A stretch of DNA of 64,000 bases from Dipteris shenzhenensis (lineage: Eukaryota). A model generated the notes under the pieces. The model did not search any database. It was not told the origin of the DNA and saw nothing but the letters and a program-made list of their open reading frames with translations. The stretch is taken from the NCBI GenBank assembly GCA_047967505.1, contig CM106538.1. One strand, written 5' to 3'. Below, one piece after another: positions 38,631 through 51,700 of the stretch (within the stretch, counting starts at the first letter, position 1; the number at the start of each line of letters is the position of its first letter). The translations under genes and the position numbers were made by a program.

Positions 38631-39685
38631 GAGGGTCATTGTTTGCTTGGATGTAGCCATTTTTGGTGAGATTCAGGGAATTTTCTGTATATAGGTACCT
38701 TGCATGACTCTTGACTAATGCATTGCTCAACGGAATTCTGCAAACTTTGTCTTCAAGTTGTAGGACACATTCCAAAATTCAACATGAGACCAAAAGATAA
38801 TGGAATAAGGATTTGGAATGAGACCATCAAAGAATTACAAGTGCTATGTTGCTTGTGAATCATGCATCCTGAAGACTATGTGATATAGCAATTTATTCAA
38901 AAACATCAAATTTTTGTTTTGCACATACATGCAATGTCCATGTCACTCACTGAAAAGTAAACTACCCTTACACTATGTGAGCTTCTTCTCAACCCAAGGA
39001 CACACCTAAATGAGAACATTAGGAATGGGTTAATGGGCCTCCAATGTTGTGCTAAAGTGATGTACACCTATTTTAGGGCACGCTCCATAGCTTTTATTTA
39101 TTTATTGAAAATAAAAACACATTGAAAATTTAGAATCCAAACTAGTGGGACTATTGCATAATGATCTTAAAACATTGACAGTTGTTGATATTGGTATCTA
39201 GATTCACCTTAAAATGGAAGAAGTTGAAAATGTGAAATTTGTGCATATGCAAAGATCTTTTAATAAATCCAACACTATTTACAATTTTGGATTGTTTCTT
39301 TTTTCATGCACTTGCTTGCTATATGGCTCATAATCATGCCAAAGACCATTGCATTTCATAATATAAGGCATCAAACCCGATAGCATGCCATTTGTCCTAT
39401 TTGTGTTTTGAAACATTTTAGGCCACATTATAGTTGTTTGGGATATCCAATTCTGGTGAGGTGTAGTGCCATTGGGGGGGGAAATCATGTAGCTGAAAAT
39501 TTTTCTAATCCCATGAATTTTGAATTTTCACACCTCCTACCCATCGAATCTTTGAATATTAAATAGCTGCGACCTACCCCAGCCCTGCAACCTACACGCA
39601 CCTCAATGTGACCTTGTGTAGACTTTGGTTTGGCATTGTCTTCTATTCTTTGCTCACCTCATAAGCTAGCTTCTCTAGTCTATTC

Positions 39686-39940
39686 CTCGCGGGGTGCACT
39701 ACCTAGAAACCCTATGTCACGTGCATTCAAGGGGTATTTAAAAAAACCCTCAACTAAATTTTTAGCCCCAATAAAAACACCACTCTTTACTTATGAACTA
39801 AATGATTTTTTTCTAAATGTGAATTAGAAAACCCCTCCTGTTATTTAAACCTGTTAAAATTTTCCAAAAAGTTAAATTCAAATAGCCCTCCTTTTGAATG
39901 CACGTGGTACACTAAAATTTCATGAGGTGAATCCCCCAAG
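39686..39940. mobile_element. MITE (CTCG/GAG family) with 8-bp TSD
   Basis: CTCGCGGGGTGCACT...GTGAATCCCCCAAG; TSD GTCTATTC/GTCTATTT; inner inverted repeat CACGTGCATTCAA. Confidence 0.85.
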
Positions 39941-40879
39941 GTCTATTTTGGACTATTCATGGCCATGGCATCAATTGCAACATGTAGCTCGCCATGGCTT
40001 GCAAGAGAAGCAGATAGAGGCTATGATATCACACGAAATATGAAAAGCCTAATCAAGGCACAAGGAACTAAGAGGAAAGCAATGACATGGTATCGAAATG
40101 GCAACGGAAGAAACTTACATTTTCAAAGGGAGACACAATGAGAAGAAAGAAGAATCCTTGCAAAGTAGCACTAGGAAGCAGTTTGTAGAGGCACGAATTT
40201 GATCATTGCCATCCTCGTTTCCATCGAAGTGAAGAACACGAGTTGTGGAGTCACAATTGGTGGGAACATTCAAGACAACAACATCAGGCCATCCAACTGA
40301 ATAATAGTCTTGAGTCTTCACAAGCTTTATCATGCACCCTAAAGTTCATAGAATAACGACCCTTCCAATACCCTGGGAGATGCACGCCCAAGAGGTGATG
40401 CTCTCTAGCTTGAGAAATGGTCTATAGACAGTGAAAGGGCTACACATCTTAGATCAACTAGTGGCAAAGAGAGTGACATTAGCTATGTTGGTGTCCCATT
40501 GAAACAAAGGAGAAACCGCTTCGGCGCACAATGTCGAAGATGTTGTTAATCAAAAGGTGTCACGTGGCTCTAGCAGTGGTTAAACATAGAGTAGAAGCAA
40601 TGCATGATCATGCCCATTCGAGAAGTCTGTGGGCTTCAATAGAACACAAGAAAGGGATAGATAGCCTAAGTGCAGCAGGAGTCATTGCTAGAGTGATGAA
40701 GTTTTGGCACAAAAATATGAGAGTTTCTCCCAAAAGAAAGGACATATGTTAAAAGTAGATGAGACGCAAGGTGTTTGACGAGCACATCATACACATGCTT
40801 GATACAACGTAGGTCAGTGGTGCCTAAACCAGTCTGGTGGGTGTTTGTGATTAAGCTTTGGGATAGTTTACTTGTTTCA

Positions 40880-41540
40880 TTTCTTAAACTAGGCTTGGAA
40901 TAAATGTGATTGTTCTAAACGAGCCCCTGGTTGGAACATCATGCAACCATTGGCTGGTTCAGTTAAAACACCAGTTATGTGAATGTCCTGAACTAGCATG
41001 GCTAAATAGACATTATGTGTTGACCAACCCAGTGGCGTGGTTGAGCAAAAATTAACAGCAATATATTTTGCAATAGAATGGCAATATATTGTTATTTTAC
41101 TAAACCATCCTAGTGGTTGAAACATCATGCAACCGTGGCTACTTTAGCTCAATCACCAATTATGTGATTGTCTTAACCCAACGTGGTTGAATAGACATTG
41201 GTTGAAATTACTGTGTTGTACTTAAATTAGTTAAATTTAATTTCCTACTATTCGGTTCATATACCACTTAATTTCTAGACTAGGATGGCTTGGACTTATG
41301 TGAATGTTCTAAACGAGCCCACTGTTGGTTCAAGATACAAACATATTTTATTGATTGAAATTGTGAAATTCAAAAATGAAAAGTAATATATAATTATTTT
41401 ATAATTGAGAAAGTTATTTTCTAATAGTGAAATTCAGAAATGAAAAGTAATATGCTTGTTATTGTCTAATATGTGAAGTTGAGACTATTAGGCTAAACCA
41501 GCCCGGTGGTTGAAATTGTGACATTGTCCTAAACCAATCC
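40880..41540. repeat. Degenerate short tandem repeats (TAAACCANCC..GTGGTTGAA), with a ~180-bp duplication
   Basis: GGTTGRAACATCATGCAACC at ~40929 and ~41115; recurrent TTATGTGAATGT. Confidence 0.5.
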
Positions 41541-41869
41541 ACTAGGATATTTTTAGTACGTTTTTTTAAAGAAAAGTACGTTTTTTTAATTTTAAAACGC
41601 TTGTGGACATTCAAAATGCATTAAAAAAATGTTTTTATATAACCAGCGGTTGATTGGCTAAATACCACTCGATGTATCATAACACTGTGCAGTTTTAGGC
41701 TGAATATACCGCACAATGTAATACAACACTGCACGGTGAATAAAATACCAATCGATGAGCCCTTGCACTCACTACAAGGCATAGGCCATTTTTCGATGGA
41801 AATACCGACGCTTTTTACATTAAAATTTTTTTTTTTCACAGGTGCAAATCTCACTATAAGTGTCGCTAA

Positions 41870-42020
41870 AAGCGTCGGAAAAGGACCATCGCTATAAAGC
41901 ATCGCTATATAGCGACACTAGCAAACGTCGCTATATAGCGACACTAAAAACGTCGCTATATAGCGACACTGTTAATCGTCGCTATATAGCGACACTGGTA
42001 AACGTCGCTATATAGCGACG
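41870..42020. repeat. Left subterminal array of GTCGCTATATAGCGAC palindromes, ~25-26 bp spacing
   Basis: Five copies with the full TCGCTATATAGCGAC core between 41901 and 42020, plus degenerate ones. Confidence 0.9.
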
Positions 42021-42299
42021 ATTAACAGAAGTAAAAAAAAGGGTTAGTGGGGCTAAACAAGGCTACCTTTTGGCCCTGTTTAGCCCCACTAATCCTTTTT
42101 TTTTTTGTAATTAGAAAAGAAAGTTTTTTATAACAAAATTTCCCTTGCTTGCAGGGTGATACAAAATTGTTCTTGTGAAATGATGAGTAACAAATGCATA
42201 TACATGTCAGACATATACAACAGTGTTTGTAACAAAATTACCCTGTCCAAAGGGCGATACAAAATTGCTCAAACAAGCGGATATACAAAATGCTACTAC

Positions 42300-43849
42300 C
42301 ACTACTCATCCGAATCCGAATCATCTTCATCTTGTTGGTTCCTTGGTCCTCGACACTTGTGTCTTCTCCCTCATCCTCGCCACCTGCGTTGGATCCTTGG
42401 CCCTGTTGATCGCTCGCCTCCGATGATGGGACGCTTGAGCTTTGACCCTAAGAGTGAACCATATAAATAGAAAATTAGATTGGAACTTAAATTAAAAAGT
42501 GAGATTACAAGTAGGAGTAAACTTATACCGTACGAGTAGCCACCTCAGCCCAATCGACTGTCGCTCCCACTGCCTCTTGCTCAATGAACCACGGCTTTGT
42601 TCCTATCCAAAATGTGCATCATGTCTCTGCATTTGTAGGAAGATGACCCATCGCAGCTTGCTGTGGATCCAATTTACGAGAGTTAGAGTTAGCTAAAGTG
42701 CATGTAATATGTAAGTAAAACAAATAGAACAATACATTAAATGAGAAGAAGTAGACTTACCACGGTTACCTCGAACGTATACCGTCCGCCTGCACCAAAG
42801 TGCGAAGTACCTACGACGTCCAGCCGTCTCTTCGCAACCCTCCTCTGACCCTCGAACATTTTGGAATGGTCCCTATGTTGCTTCTTGAAGTACTTCCAAT
42901 CAGCTTTGTCTGCCCAGCTGGGTTTAGCCAACCCCTTTGTAATGGAAGTACGCAAGGTTGATCTACGATGCTTCAGGACCAAACCCATGCGCTCTCGCAT
43001 ATAATCATCATTAAACTCCACATTTGGTGGATTAGGGTATCTTTGTTTTAACTCATCGATCACCACCTGCTTCTTTTGGGCATCTTGATACCGCCAATCG
43101 GTATTTATGCCGCTCTTGAAGTGATGACTCATCAACCTCCTCATGGCGGCCATCACTGCTTTGCCCTTTTTATCTTCTATTATCTCTCCGGCAAATGTGA
43201 TTTGATAGGAGAGATCCCCTGATGAGTAAGGGGGACTGACGGTAGCAGAGTCTGAAGGAGTGGAAGCTGCGCGAGCGCTTCCGGAGCGAGGAGTAGCAGT
43301 GGGAGTAGGAGAGGGAAAGGGACCTGATTGATATTGTGTCTCCGAACCAAGTGGAGACCTAAAGGAGCATGAGTGTGCTGACTCGTCTACATCTCCCGAG
43401 TTAGCACCACATGAGCCGCCCGTCCTACTCTTCCTTCCCTTGCGAGAGGCATGCGCAGGTGATGATCCCGTGGTCGAAGGGGCGCAAGGGGATAGCTGGG
43501 TAGTACGTCCACCCGTCGGTGTATGGGAAGGAATTGCTGAGGTCCTTTGAGAGAGCAGAGAGAAGAATCTCGCTACCTCCTCATCGCTCATCTACGCTAC
43601 AAACTTGTCGGGACTCCCGACAAAGCCATGCGCAGCTAGCAAAGGAGTTCCCCGAGGGGTAGTCGTAGTGCTACATGGAAGAGGAGTCGGACCAGGGGTA
43701 GTTGTAGTGCTAGGTCCGAGAGGAGTCGGACCAGGGGTAGTCCTCGGGGTAGTCGCCTGAGAGGAATCAAAGTCCTCTGGAGCATATAGATCGTGAGCTC
43801 TCCTCTTGCGAGGCTGTCCGTACTCGTCGAATGAGCGACATGATCCCAT
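42300..43849 (-). pseudogene. TnpA/ORF2-like gene of CACTA copy 2; exons ~43849-42761, 42660-42529, 42447-~42300
   Basis: DWRYQDAQKKQVVIDELKQRYPN...KPSWADKADW...GTSHFGAGG. Canonical splice sites. Premature stops at 43592 (CAG in copy 1) and in exon 2 (CGA in copy 1). Confidence 0.75.
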
Positions 43850-43894
43850 GTCTACCATAGACACAAACACGAAAACAGAAAACAAAAAAACAAA

Positions 43895-46800
43895 CATAAG
43901 CATAGGCATAGGCATAGGCATAGGCAAGAAGAAAGAAGAGGGAAAGGAAAGAGAAGAGGAAGAAAAGGGAAATAGAGAATAAGAGTTAGAGAGAATAAGC
44001 TCATGCTTATGCTTATGCGGAAATAGAGAATGAGAGAAGGGGGAAATAGAGAAGGGGAAAGAGATGAGGGGGAATGAGAGAAGCATAAGCATAAGCTTAT
44101 GCGGAAATAGAGAATGAGCTTATGCGGAAATTGAGAATGAGAGAAGCATAAGCTCATGCTTATGCTTCTCTCATTCTCTATTTCCGCATAAGCTCATGCA
44201 TAAGCATAAGCTTATGCGGAAATAGAGAATGAGCTTATGCAAAAATAGAGAATGAGAGAAGCTTCTCTCATTCTCTATTTCCGCATAAGCTTATGCATAA
44301 GAGAAAGCTTGTGCGAAAATAGAGAAGGGGGAAAGCTTATGTGAATGAGAGAAGGGGCAAAGAGATGAGGGGGAATGAGAGAAACATAAGCATAAGCTTA
44401 TGCAGAAATAGAGAATGAGCTTATGCGGAAATAGAGAATGAGAGAAGCATAAGCTTATGCTTATGCTTCTCTCATTCTCTATTATGCTTCTCTCCTTCTC
44501 TATTTCCGCATAAGCATAAGCATGAGCTTATGCGGAAATAGAGAAGGAGAGAAGGGGGAAATGAGAGAAGGGGGAAATAGAGTGGGAAATAGAGAATGAG
44601 CTTATGCGAAAATAGAGAATGAGAGAAGCATAAGCTTCTCTCATTCTCTATTTCCACATAAGCTCATGCATAAGCATAAGCTTATGCGGAAACTTAAGCA
44701 TAAGCTCATGCTCATGCATGAGCATAAGCTCATGCTTATGCTCATGTGGAAATAGAGAAGGAGCTTATGCGGGAATAGAGAATGAGCTTATGCTTCTCTC
44801 ATTCTCTATTTCCGCATAAGCTCATGCATAAGCATAAGCTTATGCGGAAACTTAAGCATAAGCTCATGCTCATGCATGAGCATAAGCATGAGCTTATGCT
44901 TATGCTTATGCTTAAGCATAAGCATCGGAAATAAAGAAGGAGCTTATGCGAAAATAGAGAATGAGTTTCCGCATAAGCTTCTCTCATTCTCTATTTCCGC
45001 ATAAGCTCATGCTTATGCTCATGCGGAAATAGAGAATGAGTTTCCACATAAGCTTCTCTCATTCTCTATTTCCGCATAAGCTCATGCATAAGCATGAGCT
45101 TATGCAAAAATAGAGAATGAGAGAAGCATAAGCATGAGCATGAGCTTATGCTTCTCTCATTCTCTATTTCCGCATAAGCTCATGCATAAGCATAAGCTTA
45201 TAAGCATGAGCTTATGCAAAAATAGAGAATGAGAGAAGCATAAGCATGAGCATGAGCTTATGCTTCTCTCATTCTCTATTTCCGCATAAGCTTATGCATA
45301 AGCATAAGCTTATGCGGAAATAGAAGCATAAGCTCATGCTTATGCTCATGTGGAAAAAGAGAAGGAGCTTACGTGGAAATAGAGAATGAGTTTCCGCATA
45401 AGCTTCTCTCATTCTCTATTTCTGCACATGCATAAGCATTAGCTTATGCGGAAACTTAAGCATAAGCTCATGCTCATGCATGAGCATAAGCATAAGGAGC
45501 TCATGCTTATGCTCATGCGGAAAAAGAGAAGAAGCTTATGCGGAAATAGAGAATGAGGTTCCGCATAAGCTTCTCTCATTCTCTATTTCCGCATAAGCTC
45601 ATGCATAAGCATGAGCTTATGTGGAAACTTAAACATAAACTCATGCTCATGCATGAGCACAAGCATGAGCTTATGCTTATGCTTATGCTTAATGCTTATG
45701 CTTATGCGGAAAAAGAGAAGGAGCTTATGCGGAAATAGAGAATGAGTTTCCGCATAAGCTTCTCTCATTCTCTATTTTCGCATAAGCTCATGCATGAGCA
45801 TAAGCATGAGCTTATGCTTATGCTTATGCTTGCTTAAGCATAAGCATAAGCTTCTCTCATTCTCTATTTCTGCATAAGCTTCTCTCATTCTCTATTTCCG
45901 CATAAGCTCATGCATGAGCATAAGCATGAGCTTATGCTCATGCGAAAATAGAGAAGGAGCTTATGCGGAAATAGAGAATGAGTTTCCGCATAAGCTTCTC
46001 TCATTCTCTATTTCCGCATAAGCTCATGCATAAGCATGAGCTTATGCGGAAACTTAAGCATAAGCTCATTCTCATGCATGAGCATAAGCATAAGCTCATG
46101 CTTATGCTCATGTGGAAAAAGAGAAGGAGCTTATGCGGAAATAGAGAATGAGTTTCCACATAAGCTTCTCTCATTCTCTATTTCCGCATAAGCTCATGCA
46201 TAAGCATGAGCTTATGCAGAAACTTAAGTATAAGCTCATGCTCATGCATGAGCATAAGCATGAGCTTATGCTCATGCAGAAAAAGAGAAGGAGCTTATGC
46301 GGAAATAGAGAATGAGTTTCCGCATAAGCTTCTCTCATTCTCTATTTCCACATAAGCTCATGCATGAGCATAAGCTCATGTTTATGCTCATGCGAAAATA
46401 GAGAAGGAGCTTATGCGGAAATAGAGAATGAGTTTCCGCATAAGCTTCTCTCATTCTCTATTTCTGCATAAGCTCATGCATAAGCATAAGCTTATGCGGA
46501 AACTTAAGCATAAGCTCATGCTCATGCATGAGCATAAGCATGAGCTTATGCTTATGCTTATGCATAAGCATAAGCATAAGCATAAGCTCATGCTTATGCT
46601 CATGCGGAAAAAGGGAAGGAGCTTATGCGGAAATAGAGAATGAGTTTCCACATAAGCTTCTCTCATTCTCTATTTCCGTATAAGCTCATGCATAAGCATG
46701 AGCTTATGCGGAAACTTAAGCATAAGCTCATGCTCATGCATGAGCATAAGCATAAGCATAAGCTCATGCTTATGCTCATGCGGAAATAGAGAAGGAGGTT

Positions 46801-47870
46801 ATGCGGAAATAGAGAATAAGTTTCCGCATAAGCTTCTCTCATTCTCTATTTCTGCATAAGCTCATGCTCATGCTTATGCGGAAACTTAAGCATAAGCATA
46901 AGCATAAGCTCATGCTTATGCTCATGCGGAAATAGAGAAGGAGCTTATGCGAAAATAGAGAATGAGTTTCCGCATAAGCTTCTCTCATTCTCTATTTCCG
47001 CATAAGCTCATGCATAAGCATGAGCTTATGTAGAAACTTAAGCATAAGCTCATGCTCATGCATGAGCATAAGCATAAGCTTATGCTTATGCTTATTCTTA
47101 AGCATAAGCATAAGCATAAGCTCATGCTTATGCTCATGCAGAAATAGAGAAGGAGCTTATGCGGAAATAGAGAATGAGTTTCCGCATAAGCTTCTCTCAT
47201 TCTCTATTTCCGCATAAGCTCATGCATAAGCATAAGCTTATGCGGAAACTTAAGCATAAGCTCATGCTCATGCATAAGCATAAGCATGAGCTTATGCTTA
47301 TGCTTATGCATAAGCATAAGCATAAGCATAAGCTCATGCTTATGCTCATGCAGAAATAGAGAATAAGCTTATGCGGAAATAGAGAATGAGTTTCCGCATA
47401 AGCTTCTCTCATTCTCGATTTCCACATGAGCTTATGTGGAAATAGAGAATGAGAGAAGCATAAGCATGACCTTATGCTTCTCTCATTCTCTATTTCCGCA
47501 TAAGGTCATGCATAAGCATAAGCTTATGTGGAAATAGAAGCATAAAGAAGAGGGAAACTTAAGCATAAGCTCATGCTCATGCTTATGCTCATGCATGAGC
47601 ATGAGCTTATGCGAATGAGAGAAGGGGGAAATAGAGAAGGGGGAAAGAGAGAAGGGGGAATGAGAGAAGCATAAGCATAAGAGAATAAGAGGGAAAGGAA
47701 ATAGAGAATAAGAGGGAAAGGAAAGAGAGAAGGGAAAAGAGATGAGGGGGAAATAGAGAAGGGGGAAAGAGAGAATAAGAGAAGAGGGAAAAAAGAGAAG
47801 GGGGAAAAAGGAGAAGGGGGAAAAAAGAGAATAAGAGAAGGGGGAAGAAGGAAAGAGTGGGAGGGGAAGA
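43895..47870. repeat. Hairpin-rich compound array of GCATAAGCTTATGC palindromes and GGAAATAGAGAATGAG / CTCATTCTCTATTTCC inverted modules
   Basis: Seen directly; dozens of alternating direct and inverted modules. Confidence 0.95.
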
Positions 47871-48550
47871 GAGGGTTCCTACGCCCATCACTGCAGCTAG
47901 CACTTAAGGCGCTAGCTGTAGGCCAATGCAAATAACAAAAATAATAAATGGAAAAAAGAGGAAGCACTTACCTGAAATAGTATGTCCCGCTCGGTGTAGT
48001 GGACTGGCCCTACAAAAGAGAGAAAACAACCCATTTTTTTAAATAAGATGTTAGTGGAAGGAGGAGATTACGAAAGCAACTTCTTGAAGGGAGGAGATTG
48101 AGGAGACAAGGAAAGGAGGAGATTGAGGAGACAAGGAGAAAGAGAAGGAAGAGAAATACAGAAAAAAGAGGTGAGTTTTCTTTCTTTCTTGAAATCTCGT
48201 TTTTTATTTCAATCCTTTCAAAACAAGCATGAAAACTAGTTTACAGGTTTAGCAATACAAGAAGAAACACTCACAAAACTAAAGCTAACAAACAAACAAC
48301 CTACATTGTTGAAACAAACTCACCTCTTGAAGAACTTCCTTTCAAGAAACCAAAGAGGGAAAAGAATAGAAAGGGAGTACAAGAGGTAGGAGAAGGGTGA
48401 GGAGTGGAAAATAGAGTGGGAGGTTGCTTGGAATAGGTGGGAGGTCGTCGAAAATAAGTGGGAGGAGATTTTGGGTTGCTTACTTGAGAGATTAGGGAAT
48501 AGTATGAACAAAACGCCGCGCGTTTAGCATTTCGGGTTTTAACCCACAGC

Positions 48551-48630
48551 ATCGCTATATAGCGACGCTTATTCGTCGCTATATAGCGACGTTTTTAATT
48601 ACAGAGAAAAGCGTCGCTATATAGCGACAC
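48551..48630. promoter_or_regulatory. Internal palindrome cluster (3 copies) between the divergent TnpA-like and TnpD genes
   Basis: TCGCTATATAGCGAC at ~48552, ~48576 and ~48614. Confidence 0.7.
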
Positions 48631-48734
48631 TTACTGTCACTTTTTTGATGTGGCATCTAGAGAAGCTCAAACATGCTATTTTATAATTGTCAATATCTCC
48701 TCTTCATGCTTATGTTGTGGTTTTATAAGTGTAG

Positions 48735-51700
48735 ATGGAAGGGACGAGTGGAAGCTCGTCCGATGATGCGCCAACGCCCGGGAGCACGAAGTGGCTTACG
48801 GAGAGGTTATACTGTCATTGCACTCATTGCAAGCGAGAAGTACGACATCAACGTCGTATTATCATGTGCCACTTGCTGATGTATGGGGAGGAGCCAGAAC
48901 CAGTACCCCCCATTGGTGTTGCATATGTTGATGGATCATCGGTAAGTCAAAGCTATTGAAGTTCGCAATCTTATTGTATACCAGGAAATAGAAGATCTTA
49001 TATTTACATGAAATCTTAAAACAGGATGAGGAGGGTGACGAGGGTACACATATACCTTCTCACTTTCAACAAGACTATAGTCTCCCAGATGACGACGAGG
49101 GTATGGTCGACATGATGGATTCCATTTTTAGGGGCACTACATCCCACGTACACGTAATGTCAGAGTCTGAGGTCAAAATGCGAGAGTTGCAATCAACACA
49201 ATTGTACGAGGGTGCTAGGATGTCTAAACTACATGCTTGTCTCTCAATCTTGAATCTACAAGTACAGTATGGGTGGTCGGATACAAGTGTCTCAGCCTTA
49301 ATGAGGTTAGCCCTTGCATTAATTTGACTCACTATTTGGATATTGTTTGTTTTGAGAATCATCATTTGGATAGTGTCTTTGTCATAGGTTGCTCCAGAAG
49401 ATGTTGCCTGCACCAAATACCATGCTCGCATCAAGAGATGAAGCAAAAAAGATGCTAACAACGGTGGGTATGGATTATGATACCATCCATGCTTGCCGTA
49501 ATGATTGTATTCCCTTTCGTCGTGAGCATGGAGATTTGGCTAGTTGTCCAAAGTGTGGGGAACAACGATATAGAGATGACTTGTAGGGTGAGCGGATACC
49601 GGTAAAGGTCTTAAGACACTTTCCCATCATTGCAAGAATACAACACATGTTTCGATGCAAATCCATAGCAGAGTTGATGACATGGCATGCATCTCATCGG
49701 TCCACTGATCACACATTGAGGATTCCCGCAGATTGTGCAGCTTGGACGCACATAGATAATCAGTGACCGGACTTTGCGAGGGAGCCACGCAACTTACATC
49801 TTGGGCTAGCCATGGATGGCGTGAATCCTTTCGGATTACGCTCGACATCTTGGTCGACATGGCCCATAGTCGTGGTGAATTACAATATCCCACCATCGCT
49901 AACAATAAAAAAGGGACACCTCATGCTTGCACTACTTGTGCCAGGAAAGTACAAGGCAAAAAACATGGACGTGTACATGGCACCTTTGATAGAGGAGTTA
50001 TAGATATTATGGAGAGGAGTGCAGGTCTTTGATATTTCCAGAGCTCCTAGACATACCAATGATATTTTGGTCAGGGGTATCTTGATGTGGACCATGCATG
50101 ACTACCCAGGATATGGAGAGTGCGCAGGTACGTGGTTGTGTCTTTACATGTACAATGAGGGATTATGCTTTTTTTACTCTCTTTTGCACGCATGTCTTGT
50201 ACTAACACATTCATGCATGCGTGCAAGACTTGTTACAAGTGGGTACCATGCTTGTCCTGTTTGTGGACCAGCTCTGAAATCGCTTGCACGCTACTCCAAA
50301 CATATGAGGAAAAATGTTTATGAAGGTCATGCTCGATACCTTCCGCTCGACCATCTCGCACGTGGAGGTCAGCTTGATCCACCACCATCATATTTGAAGG
50401 CAAGTGACTGGATTCAAGCTTGGAGGGCGAATGGAGAGGAACCTTCTCCTGGTATGAAGAGGCTATCGATCTTTCACGAGCTTCCTTATTGGGGTCAGTT
50501 ACAAATCAATCATCTCTTGGATCCCATGCATATCTTCAAGAATGTGGGGGCTACTATTTGGGCACACTTGGTTGGTTCCAAGGACTCGAGAGGAGTGCGA
50601 TAAGACTTGCGTGCTATGAATAGGATGTCTCGTTTGTGGCCCCAAGTACATGCTTCGGGAAAAGTTATCCTCCCAAAAGCAATGTGGATCCTCTCTACGG
50701 GGGAGGAGGCAGTGGTCAAGGCAGACATTACCTCTTTTCAAACACTGATAGGGTACATGCGTTGCTTGAAAGGAGCATTTTCAAAGGACAATAAGCTTAG
50801 TGGCCTCAAGTCCCATGATTGGCACAAGGTCTTAGAGGTATTCTAAGTAGAATTAGTGTACCGATAATAGCGATGCGTTAGCGTAATTATTATTATGTTA
50901 TATTGTTGACATGACTTCATTGTTGCTTTGATAGTTCATGCTCCCAATTACAATAAAAGGGTGCTTACAAGAAGATGTTAGAAATGCTATATTCAAGATC
51001 TGTGGTATTGTGAGGTATGCTTACTATCAAATCGCATTATGTATTTTCTTAATGGACATGTGAAATAGGTGGATATCTCAAATATCTTACATATGCATGG
51101 ACATGTGAAATAGGTGGATATCTCAAAAATAGATCTCTATATCGAGCATCGAGAAGGCTAGGGTGGAATCCATCGAAGCCGTATGCTTGCTTGAGAAGCA
51201 CTTTCCCTCCAGCATTATGACAACTCAAGTCCACTTGCTTGTGCACATAGTTGATGAGGTGGCTATAGCAGGTACCGTTCATAGTCGATGGATGTTTTTT
51301 TTCGAGCTTTTTATGAAAACTTTAAAGGGGTTTGTAAGACAAAGAGCAAGACCGGAAGCAAGCATGGCAGAGGGATGGCTTGTGCAAGAGTCATTAGTAT
51401 ATATCACAGAGTTTCTTGCATCCACGGATCCTGATATGCCACAAGCTTGGCACAACAAGGATGATGATCACATCGTTGGTGAGGTTCCCCAAGGAAAAGG
51501 GATTGAAAGAAAGATGAGCGAAGAGAAAATGGAGAAATTCAATAAGTTTTGTATCCTCAATAGCCCTGAGATGCAGAAGTGGATTGAGAGATATGAAGTG
51601 GCCAAAGCAGAAAGAATAAATGCAAGGACGAGATTCAGAGTAATGTACAGGCGATCACAACCATATCCACAAGATCTGTCTCTTCTCCCTACTCACATGT

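Noticed and set aside
42033-42106. Rho-independent terminator
   Set aside because: The shape fits, but this is intron-containing eukaryotic transposon DNA. Reported only as a hairpin.
43980-47620. Telomere-like hexamer repeat
   Set aside because: GCATAA/TTATGC lacks a G-rich strand, alternates orientation and is confined to a transposon intron.
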